Shown here: positions 39,601-45,962 of the stretch, one piece after another
Layout: every line of letters begins with the position of its first letter
Numbering within the stretch: position 1 is the first letter of the stretch
From: a virus
Taxonomy: Duplodnaviria > Caudoviricetes
Reading direction: 5' to 3' (one strand)
IMG/VR virus record: IMGVR_UViG_3300040734_000009
Coordinates: 1 to 53,595 of that record
DNA: 53,595 bases
Notes under the pieces: generated by a model
Database searches by the model: none
Told to the model about the DNA's origin: nothing
Seen by the model: the letters and a program-made list of their open reading frames with translations, nothing else
Program-made: the position numbers and the translations under genes

Positions 39601-42600
39601 CTTCGCTGACTCTTCGCCGTCGAATCCCATCATGACCTTATGCTCATCAAATGCGCCTGTCTCAGGGTTCACCTGGTCAACGACATATACATCCGGGGCA
39701 TTGAGGTTATCTCCCAGAAATACGTCAACCTGGTCGCCATCCTTGCCCTCAGTCCTGCGGAAGTATCCATAGGTGTTATTCATGAGTACGGACCACTTCT
39801 TGCCGCTCTTATCCACTCCAGAGCGCACTGAGCCGGCGGGATTCTCGATTGATATATCGAATCCTGCGAAGTTCAAGTGTCCCTTTTGATAGTTGCCTGC
39901 CTCCTTCTGTGCCTCTGTTGGTCTGGTATCTACCTCTGTCTCTGCCTTGGCAAGGTCAGTCTGTATAGATGGCTCAATAGCACTTTTAAGCCATACATTC
40001 GATGCTTCCGTCGCCCTCTTCTCCTGGGGTGAGTTTATATACTCATCCCACTTGTCAGGCATTATTATTGCCTCAGTGTCGTTAAGATGGGAGATTTCGT
40101 GTAATAGTGCAAAATAGGCGTGTATGTATTCTGAACCCTCTCCCATTAGAAACACGTCGGGAACGTCGGACTTGGAATCGAGATTAATATTGATCTGTTT
40201 CAGCTTTTGTATGCTTGATGTGGGAGTTTTGTTTACGGAGTTATCGTAGAGATAAAAGGTTACATCCCCTTCGTTCCATGTTTCCATCTTCCCACTTGCT
40301 CTGAAAGCATCAACATGTTTCTTGAAGTCATCTGGAATAGTCTTCTCGATTCTCTCTATTACCATCTGTGTATCCACGGGTTTCCCGTCCTCCGTTTCCC
40401 AACTCCCTGTTTCTGTGTTTACCACAAATTTCCCCCGTTCTTCCTTGACAAGATCAGCAGCAGGAGCTGCAGTCTCGTCCGGGGTAGATGGAGCTTGGGC
40501 TATAGGTTGCTCGACTACGGGCTGTTCAGCCTCGATCTCAGGAATGGCCGTAGCTTCTGCAGGCTGTTCAACTTGTGCTGTTTCTGCAACAGTTGGTGCC
40601 GGTGCTGCCCCTGCTTTCTTCTTCGGAGTGGCAATAATAGAGTAAGTATCAGGGATGAATAGATCTCCGGAATCCGTTACCTCTGCTTTCCATGTGAGCT
40701 TCGGGTATCTCTCCTGTAGTTTTTTCAGTGCTGCATAGGCCTCCTTCTGTGTCTCGAAGGATTCATTCATACGGAAGTTACCATCCTCCTGCGGTACGAT
40801 GGTGAATTCATTCTTCCCGTCCGATACCTTGCGTGACTTTGGACTGACGGTGGCAGTTGTGGCAGGAGTGGCAGTTGTGGCAGGAGTAACCGGCTGATTT
40901 TCAACAGGTGCAGTTTGGGGCATTGACGAGGGAGTACTCCCTGGCTGTGCTTCCGGAGCGGTTTGATCTGCCGGCATACCGAATACCTCCCCGTATTTAT
41001 CCGGGGTTATGACCTGTGCATTGGCCGTCAGATTCCCTTCCTTGTCAATCTCATTGAGTGTGATACCCTCGGGAGTGACCTGAGTAACATTGAATAGCTG
41101 CTCTCCGATGGGAATTGTAGCTCCTTCCTGTACCGGAGCGGTAGCCCGGGCCACCTCATTGCTTATCTGTGACTGAGTAGCCTGGTAGTTTCGCATCTCA
41201 TTGGCAACCCACTCTTCGTAGGGCACATCCATTGAGTTTATGATCATGGTACCCTTGACCATATAGGGCTTACTCTCGGGATTCTCGGCATCCACCACGG
41301 CCACAAGCATCTTCTCGGGGTCAGTGGCGAAGTTTGTGGACTTGATGATGACCTTCTTTCCATCCTTCAGGTCGCCGTACTTGATAAAGTTCTGCTCCGG
41401 CAGCTGGTCATTAAATCCACCATAGGCATATGAGCGGCCCAGGTCACGTATCATCTGCTCGGGATCCTGCTCTTCGATTGTCAATGGGCCTATTACAGGG
41501 CCGGCCTTGCCTTCGCGGGCAATCTTATATTTCTCAGCCGCCTTCTCAGTCATGGTGAACATACCACCCATGCCGGCACCAATCAGCACACTGTCCCAGA
41601 ATCCGTCACCGATCTTCCGTTCGGGATCTTCACCTGAGAGTATTGCAGCAGCGTTCTGTCCGAGGGTGGTCAGACCTTCAGATATACCTTCATGAACCGG
41701 AGCAAACCATACTCCGAGCTTTTTATATGCCTTGGCGATTAGGTTCTGAGCAGCTGGTGAGTTGATTGCGTTGACAACTCCCTGCTTACCGGATTTCTTA
41801 TAGATATCCATGAGGTATTTTCCCATCTCCCGGGAGCCATACCTTTCAAACAGCCATTCGAATATACCGGTAGTTACGGCATCGGCTATCTTCATGCCCT
41901 CTGCCATATCCTCGCGGTCTTTTACCTCATCATATGATGTTGCACCCACTCCGATACCGAGAGCTGCAGCGCCACCGGGAATAAATGCAGCCGCAACTGT
42001 TGGGAATAGAGATTCTGCAACACCCCCGGAGATTGCACCCAGGGCTTTGCCAAACTGACCGGACTTGATATAATCAGTAACGGACTGTTCATATCTTGTG
42101 GCCTCACTGCTTAATCTCTCTTTATTCTTTTCAAACCAGGTATTAAGGTCTCCCTCAGCCAGCATTTCCCCCGGCATCTGATCTGCCATGATCATATTAC
42201 CGGTAAGGGTGCGCCTTGGAGTCATGGTTTTTGATTCCTTCATGAGATAGTTACCTGTTTCCTGGTCTATCTCTCCCCGACGCATCTTGCGCCTGATCAT
42301 TGCCTCTGTAAATATTGCTGCCGGCGCATTGGCAAAAGCCTCGATACCCTGCGGTATCTCCATCACCATCTCGCCAAGGCCCATAGCCGATGAGCCGAGT
42401 TTCTTGCCAATATACTTACCGTATCCCTGTCTCTTCTCAGTGCCAGCTTCAGGTGTTGCCGGCTGCGGTGCGAGAGTTGCCTGCGGTACCTCCGGGGTGG
42501 TATTTGCACCTCCGTATTTCTTCAGCAGCTCCTGAAGTTCGGGGTCATCGGTTGTACCTGGGGTGTTCGGCTGATTAGAAGGGATCTGACCGGTACGCTC

Positions 42601-42663
42601 GGCATTAAAGCGTTCCAACAGTTCCCTTGATGACAGCACCTTGGGCTTTTCCTGTGGATACAT
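30634..42663 (-). CDS. Giant polyvalent (probably ejected/internal virion) protein with InPase-like, LPD5-, LPD1-, MuF-C-like, metallopeptidase and LPD38-like domains
   Basis: PTEAQKEAGNY.KGH...DGD.VDVF; KIEDFGEHIAGAKK; FRGVQFGN...AFGARG...AHYEP...LAHEWFHA; HPF....KDLP.AIQNPLAVF; VLHEAVAH; VNFNRKG...FFNVAVQ. Confidence 0.85.
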   Translation of the reverse strand: MYPQEKPKVLSSRELLERFNAERTGQIPSNQPNTPGTTDDPELQELLKKYGGANTTPEVPQATLAPQPATPEAGTEKRQGYGKYIGKKLGSSAMGLGEMVMEIPQGIEAFANAPAAIFTEAMIRRKMRRGEIDQETGNYLMKESKTMTPRRTLTGNMIMADQMPGEMLAEGDLNTWFEKNKERLSSEATRYEQSVTDYIKSGQFGKALGAISGGVAESLFPTVAAAFIPGGAAALGIGVGATSYDEVKDREDMAEGMKIADAVTTGIFEWLFERYGSREMGKYLMDIYKKSGKQGVVNAINSPAAQNLIAKAYKKLGVWFAPVHEGISEGLTTLGQNAAAILSGEDPERKIGDGFWDSVLIGAGMGGMFTMTEKAAEKYKIAREGKAGPVIGPLTIEEQDPEQMIRDLGRSYAYGGFNDQLPEQNFIKYGDLKDGKKVIIKSTNFATDPEKMLVAVVDAENPESKPYMVKGTMIINSMDVPYEEWVANEMRNYQATQSQISNEVARATAPVQEGATIPIGEQLFNVTQVTPEGITLNEIDKEGNLTANAQVITPDKYGEVFGMPADQTAPEAQPGSTPSSMPQTAPVENQPVTPATTATPATTATVSPKSRKVSDGKNEFTIVPQEDGNFRMNESFETQKEAYAALKKLQERYPKLTWKAEVTDSGDLFIPDTYSIIATPKKKAGAAPAPTVAETAQVEQPAEATAIPEIEAEQPVVEQPIAQAPSTPDETAAPAADLVKEERGKFVVNTETGSWETEDGKPVDTQMVIERIEKTIPDDFKKHVDAFRASGKMETWNEGDVTFYLYDNSVNKTPTSSIQKLKQININLDSKSDVPDVFLMGEGSEYIHAYFALLHEISHLNDTEAIIMPDKWDEYINSPQEKRATEASNVWLKSAIEPSIQTDLAKAETEVDTRPTEAQKEAGNYQKGHLNFAGFDISIENPAGSVRSGVDKSGKKWSVLMNNTYGYFRRTEGKDGDQVDVFLGDNLNAPDVYVVDQVNPETGAFDEHKVMMGFDGEESAKANYMANYEPGWKGFGSITKMSMEGFKEWLGDANRTRKPADLNLKTKQTEKPKITTPREAAIDLIRAYVERGDSYESLKGSFLGTMGGAYDAQIGGYAKNKNVRGDQIAVSKLNGKEVSEIFSLKELFDEIKGGVKYTPSAELPQAQTKDTRPIKPLKEKKGWPMSKADQARLSREPQSFEEGVYQFFLNRGRISTASLKHHLGTRSRQDYASYIWAHKGDGIKTDKLNETLIFQTHPELLAEFEDSQMAERAFMDILLSVHGMNDIRTRIDEMQAKADAVNNDQPEYESPEQQDDIDASQVIAEELSPMAAEDSEILRIFEVEISELGKTLDDIRALAESDPAYFTSSFPYGLNEKQFSELKNILNDNERQKQINGLVDQVSSVESSSEGNNEVPGGPATEGRDDGEEGGEGETGESFGEFPAYEREIHAIEEWLPDSEHSDYISYEWDGQTLEIFKGRDERIINLSRDELIEEGVKFPEETGAKPSKPASPEFAGDYFEQPTQEPKLSAIDKAKAIVSEVNSLEKPEKYLSELTLPKEVFSFFNSLKKSESTSDTWSVFGKGFVPYVGSKINSFFDYVNHRDQRIPGEILKGKGFDINLVENADANRIWFKNGVFLAISTGQFKGNANHFYAGTQVNLRDVKYKQLMDLVNAGEITIEQAQEIEDSGTKKPEGADDLKSWRDAFEEAMVKNDLDAIQSLYDKVSVALNGIAQKSGEATVKAFSQLKDDIEAFAKTTESAKKPEFAGEVLEKPDPRTASQADWLEYVKRSNPKDIQFIDFKRALTNKIDDDHDTIHYYFDGEEIVTYSMNAEPNSVPLRQWYNEWSEAGTIKKVQGKPNSDTKKPEFAGEYLEQTSTPKYTPSQQKKIDNINKEYTGLIAKKEEAITQAEKDMREALVKADERNGLFGDTKPVEKDEVIGRDEQGFTYNEATRAAVRKPFEEKIAGLRKDIESLKREQKGKIESALQQQAMDFDEPPAESDEKAETPTKEEVDVLKMEYVGVSKPTQKIEDFGEHIAGAKKEIRGQIKKQLDTTDEDILNNSISKVLPPIDYKELINSGTATKEEAAFLHYFRQEIGPKPKATYKLQKWLRGVNAYKDVLRWITNKEEFKAEHKGKSFMDLMNEKEDSYAIMQMKVHTGTLIELGFPEITSLKGYEIKRFSSSGTFGIVKGRYIIQEFNKREDAVAGLKYILTTETEAPQKVKFDMWRERDKKGIFVGKKVGPGKFITLAQGFDKVSEARRYIENHQEELEKMLDEKKIIPFERPESRGMRIGKDYRGGKDVTPEMFAETFGFRGVQFGNYVEQQRRQEDLNEAYDALMDLSEIITVPPKALSLTGELGIAFGARGTGGKNPAAAHYEPGEIVINLTKGSGPGSLAHEWFHAVDSYFSRMRGRRTEFITDRPRPLIKQDGSTDESIRPEVLEAFNGVVKAINKSGLPNRSRELDKLRSKDYWSTTIEMGARSFEAYARAKLIDKGLKNEYLVALRDMVDYIVQAGGAESKYPYPTNEEIGPISEAFDELFKTIQTKEENGKVAIFRTGGQSISVINETFNRELEQQIEGTLTKGHVYQLGMPSDILQSAGIPNLPIEMSSLRLTHKSNQENHPFDLTEVKDLPSAIQNPLAVFRSATRIGSNVILTELKQGNRSFVVAIETNREQGNIRINSIRSIHPRTTSNIIDWINSDLMDYADVGRMTDWINDKKKISRNTFSSSPADAVKQLNSAVKIINAFQNPSIISGNIMPGAKKQDGDVSSFRRGVIPRTEQATGWNALSDLLEADELDDQKYKVRIMIENLGLELKTPIQAINNRTELPPNIQAQAKRIGVWENETMYGAWNEKTGTMYVLLDDLMKLGYPRAIDEGIKTVLHEAVAHKGLPILLGDKGYDNLLAEIYDSIPDDDLTLIRYQYDWTENRKLIAEEYLGMMAEDNVNPSLFQRIIAKIRELLRKIFDIAFTDNDIYSLLRQSRTNLEKTPEGEKGFYRSRPQPENFEYAGEYIQASGAHFRSRKKAAAKRNTTLGRAVEAYSERKAIRTGEETLQGIREYIQDLSLPIRKFEEEVLMRGGKQDNDSKPYRDISLSFGRQEKLYTDYFEGKMKPILQAVADIKRAGMPGEDVLPYIIAKHAMERNPAFRSRELKEWVESHKENVPQDEVNAKMDELKDKDYSGVMGFDTEGTYTSPDQLAADIVAEFEGQVDKKLIDNLWKKIGSATSAILDTWEKGNQISPDQKQEYLSQFRYFVPLRGWREGAAKELIYTKGEGFSRSLQYAKGRKSLADNPLAYLLNVQFQAIAEQVDNEVKTSMLNLIVRNLANNEIHELATIKKLYYIRITLPDGTEEWEPTISRPPQEMFDAGDARLKIHTEHERLRKPRQSREHEVIVHKPGGDMVMVFNNRQLSTAQAMNKQNYMYRTIFGNIYDARDLNKVMALMGHMNNMLKALYTSWNIVFPFTNFMRDFQEASITQQIKSKTGGKVIKSYRAAFPAIIRRIQGKQDLRRSVDQDLEDFYNYGGATGYTHSKTPEEIEKDINKEVARMIRKGTIAGGIGDAGYALLDAVEHWNKIFEDATRFSVYLSSLAIGNTKEDAAMDAKEASVNFNRKGKGSKAWDAWFAFFNVAVQSMQKNFKLAKDTPKRFTQIAFSFVMLGFLEAMMNALTDDDDDPDSSYYNLNPYMRQNYLVIPLPKIGDMSKKSNKYLSIPLPQFWRGFKSIGSVGFDVATGRMKAGEAVTTALGNFMGGLLPVDIGGFYKSGEFSIAPIVPTIFKPVAELAENRNYMGYTIKKEPFTREQKKYLAHSALGKDNVNPAAKFFTDMLFRWSGGDSRYKYYTDKQGRTRKVLLDVNPSTVEHLFKGYTGGTGGVFSDLITTVKQALNPDEEIDFRNVPFVDRFIRKTPEAKWAIISEYYELKGDNDRDVALMKEYEKKGRETGDISQYSRMANDKYRIERKQLFDMYEDQISDMTKTETKDDMETASLVIEMMDRCIGQIKELEARYNRKY

Positions 42664-43838
42664 TATAACTGGTTTAAAATGTAGTCAACATACTCTCCGG
42701 CCATCTTCTCATCATTCCCTGCATCCTTCAGGATACCCATGAGGACTTTCTTCTTTGTCTGAGCGTCCCACCCTTGGGCATTGATGATCTTGTCAATCCT
42801 TGCTTCATCCTCGGGCTTGAGCTGAAGTGTTCCAGGTTGTGCCACTCCTTCATCGAACAGGTCAGCATACTCCTTGTTAAGAGCTTCGAGCTGTTTGGCT
42901 CCTTTCTTCTTTGTGATGTCAATAGATTGCCGGCGTGATTCATATTCACCTGTACGCTTTGCACGGAGACCGGCTTCATACATTGCTTTTTCGTCTCCCG
43001 GTGTGATTTTATCACCGGAAGCCATCTTGCGGACCAGTGGTGCATACCGGTCCCAATTATTCATCACAATATTCTTGAAGGCAAGATTATTAGTGAGATT
43101 GGATGGATTTATATTGAGTTTGTCGATCTCGTCAACTGCCGGGTCGTTACGCATCCACTTCAACAGCTGCATAGCATCTGTATCACTGAGCGGTATGTCA
43201 ACACCCGTCTCAAGGTCAGGGATTGCCATGAATGGCGCCTTATTGCCATACACGGACTTGTAACGTTTAAGAAATGGATTGTTCTTATCTATAACTGCCT
43301 GTTGTGCTGCCTCACGGGCATATATTTCTTTGACTGTATTGGCTGATCTCTTATCCTCTAAAGCACTGGCACCCTGGCGCTGCTTCTCTGCCTCCTCGGC
43401 CCTGAATGTCTGCTCTGCTGCTTTATCTGCCTGGTCCCATTCGCGGCTCTGACCTATCTCATTAGCCCGTCTGCCGGCAGCCCTGGCCTCTGCGTCAAGG
43501 CCCTGCTGGTATGCCACATCCTTCTGACGGTTACTCAGGTCAGTGAGTCGGAGGCGCTGAAGGGTATCATCGCTCTGGGCCTGTATCTGATTTATACGGT
43601 CAGATGCCCGGATGATACCGGGGTTGGCACCCTTGGGTGTTACAGTTGCGCCGCCAGCTGCACCAACCGAATCCACCAGAAGGCGTAAGGCTTCGCCAAT
43701 GACATTTGTTTTCTGTATACGCTGCTGGCCGGCAATGAGTTTTTGTTTCTTCTCCTCTTCCTCCTTTGCAAGTTCCTCGTAAGGAAAGACGGCTGAGAAG
43801 GGACCGTCAATATAAGGCTGTGTATTGGGCATGGTCAA
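42663..43838 (-). CDS. Putative DNA ejection protein
   Basis: 391 aa, helical and Q/A/E-rich, upstream of the giant protein. Confidence 0.55.
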   Translation of the reverse strand: MTMPNTQPYIDGPFSAVFPYEELAKEEEEKKQKLIAGQQRIQKTNVIGEALRLLVDSVGAAGGATVTPKGANPGIIRASDRINQIQAQSDDTLQRLRLTDLSNRQKDVAYQQGLDAEARAAGRRANEIGQSREWDQADKAAEQTFRAEEAEKQRQGASALEDKRSANTVKEIYAREAAQQAVIDKNNPFLKRYKSVYGNKAPFMAIPDLETGVDIPLSDTDAMQLLKWMRNDPAVDEIDKLNINPSNLTNNLAFKNIVMNNWDRYAPLVRKMASGDKITPGDEKAMYEAGLRAKRTGEYESRRQSIDITKKKGAKQLEALNKEYADLFDEGVAQPGTLQLKPEDEARIDKIINAQGWDAQTKKKVLMGILKDAGNDEKMAGEYVDYILNQL

Positions 43839-44659
43839 TTAAATATGAGTTCTGGTAGAATATCTTTTTGTTTCGATCTGACTCCGTTTCTATTTCCCAT
43901 CAGAGCTTCGCTCAGTTTCTTTCTCGTCTCCTCAGAGAATGTTCTCCCCTTTCTGGCCTCGCTCATCCTCTGCTTTGTTTCCTCTGAATGATGTTTGCCG
44001 AGCATATTCTGATTCCCCTTACTCCGTAGGCCTATTTTCTGTTTTGCTTCCTCTGATAGCTTTTTGCCTTTATTTATCTGCCTGAGTTTCTCCTTTGTTT
44101 CTTCAGTCATTGGAGGTTTTCGCTTTGCGGATTCACTTGCTTTAAGCCTTGATTCAGGAGTGTGCTTTCTTCCCCTCCAAGCCGTATTACCCTTTGATCT
44201 TTCACTTAGCTTTGCCTTAAACTCTTCCGAGTTCTGCCAGTGTTTCCCTGTTTGATCTGGCGGTTTAGTACCAGCCTTTAACTTAGCTTCTCGTTGCTTT
44301 GCCTTTGTCTCAGGAGATGCTCTTCTTGCGCTTAATTTAGTCCTGGTCTCTGTAGTGTGTTTATATCCGAGTTGGCTCCCTGCGGTTGGGCTTTCGTTAA
44401 AATATGGCTTATAGAAATCAATATAATACTGCTCGAATGGTATTAAGTCAATTCTATCTGCCAAGATCAGAATCGAAAACTCCAGATCAGAGATTGTGTA
44501 TTTGTTGAAATGTCTTTGAAGTTTCCTTGAATGATGAGTGCCTTTTTCAAGCATGGTACAATGCTGTTTCCATCTTTTATGAATATCCACAGCGCTGCCG
44601 ATATAAAGTCTGTCGGGCTTAATAGCTGAACGAATCTGATATATGCCTGATATCTTCAT
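43835..44659 (-). CDS. GIY-YIG homing endonuclease with NUMOD3 repeats
   Basis: SGIYQI...LYIGSA..I.KRW.QH; repeated H(T/S)EETK.K(L/M)S motifs. Confidence 0.92.
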   Translation of the reverse strand: MKISGIYQIRSAIKPDRLYIGSAVDIHKRWKQHCTMLEKGTHHSRKLQRHFNKYTISDLEFSILILADRIDLIPFEQYYIDFYKPYFNESPTAGSQLGYKHTTETRTKLSARRASPETKAKQREAKLKAGTKPPDQTGKHWQNSEEFKAKLSERSKGNTAWRGRKHTPESRLKASESAKRKPPMTEETKEKLRQINKGKKLSEEAKQKIGLRSKGNQNMLGKHHSEETKQRMSEARKGRTFSEETRKKLSEALMGNRNGVRSKQKDILPELIFN

Positions 44660-45234
44660 ATTCCCTCAAGGACATTCATAGGACTTTTTTTCTTCCGAAG
44701 GGATCCAAAGAGGCCGTCCAGGCCTTCTCCCCCGGCGAGCTCGGCACCAGCTATTCCAAGATTAGCTGCGTTTGCCATTAAATTATTCCACGAAGCACTC
44801 TTCCGCGCAAGGTTATCCTGCTGCATGTTCTCGAGATTCATCTTCAGTCCCTGGTATTCCCTGCGGATAGCATCGCGGTATTGCGTACCGTACCCGGCAA
44901 GACGCATGACAGAATCTGCCAAACCTCGCTGTACCTTGTCCCCGGTGGCTACTTTCGCCTCATCGGAAGCTCCAGTAATAGCACTGTTCTGCCCTACTCT
45001 TTTCATGGCATCGCCATAGTAAGTACGAAGAGATCCGAGGGCTGACTTGCCGGCGGTTGTATCGAGATAAGGTGTATTATATTCGGTGTTGTACCAGGAT
45101 TCCAGGTCGGACATCCGCTTGTTAAGGTACTTATCGTAACGGTTGTTTGCCCCCGCTGAACCGATTGCTCCTGCTGCTGAACCAAATAGTGATAATAAAG
45201 TAGAGCCAAGGGCTATTGCTGATCCTATTGGCAT
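44656..45234 (-). CDS. Putative ejection/pilot protein
   Basis: G/A-rich hydrophobic N-terminus followed by a helical body; first gene of the ejection operon. Confidence 0.6.
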   Translation of the reverse strand: MPIGSAIALGSTLLSLFGSAAGAIGSAGANNRYDKYLNKRMSDLESWYNTEYNTPYLDTTAGKSALGSLRTYYGDAMKRVGQNSAITGASDEAKVATGDKVQRGLADSVMRLAGYGTQYRDAIRREYQGLKMNLENMQQDNLARKSASWNNLMANAANLGIAGAELAGGEGLDGLFGSLRKKKSPMNVLEGI

Positions 45235-45305
45235 GGCTTTGTGTGTTAATTAACTCAATAAACATAAAGACTATCCATCTCTTATTGTGGTTTTTTTGTC
45301 CGCAG

Positions 45306-45327
45306 TTGCGGCCAATTAGGCCAGAAG
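45306..45327. repeat. 22-bp element, copy B (TTGCGGCCAATTAGGCCAGAAG)
   Basis: 19/22 identical to 18584-18605, same orientation. Confidence 0.75.
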
Positions 45328-45371
45328 ATAGCCGGCCAATGGCCGACCTTTGAGAATAAATACAATCAGGG

Positions 45372-45962
45372 ATGACAAAAGCGACAGGGAGACAGTATAC
45401 AATGTCCGCAAATAAAGAGATGCTGGCCAAACTGAAGGGCAAGTCCAATAACAAGGACCTAAAGGGAAGGCCCCCTATTTACAGTGACGAGGAGGTAAAT
45501 GCAGTAATGAAGTCCCTTGATCAAAACAATGGCAACATTGCCAAAACCGCCCAGCAGACGGGAGTAAATGGTAAGACCATCAAGATATGGAGGAATAGGC
45601 GTATGCTTGAGGCTCGATATATCATGTTGACCAGGGAGAGAGAAGCTGAGACGAAAGGTATAACTATTGAACAACTTCGGGAAAATTATGAGAGAGAAGT
45701 AATAAACTCAAAATCAAGCCTATTAAAGCTCATAATGGAAAACCTGACTGATTGCAAGAGCCCGAGGATACTACTTACTGCCCTTGTCAAGATTAGTGAG
45801 ACAATACAAACACCAGGTACAGCGGCAACGCCAAAGACACCTCCTGTCCCACCAAGGGAAGGATCTATTATGGCAGTGGTCGCCAATCAGGCCGTAATAA
45901 ATAACAACAATGGACCAAAAGACAATCGAGCTGGCGGGGATAGTGAGGAACCTGCCGGATAA
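45372..45962 (+). CDS. HTH protein, possible terminase small subunit
   Basis: GRPPIYS...GNIAKTAQQTGVNGKTIKIW HTH followed by a helical region. Confidence 0.55.
   Translation: MTKATGRQYTMSANKEMLAKLKGKSNNKDLKGRPPIYSDEEVNAVMKSLDQNNGNIAKTAQQTGVNGKTIKIWRNRRMLEARYIMLTREREAETKGITIEQLRENYEREVINSKSSLLKLIMENLTDCKSPRILLTALVKISETIQTPGTAATPKTPPVPPREGSIMAVVANQAVINNNNGPKDNRAGGDSEEPAG

Noticed and set aside
40849-40887. 18-bp tandem duplication
   Set aside because: It encodes a PATTAT linker in the giant protein; two copies only, not CRISPR-like.
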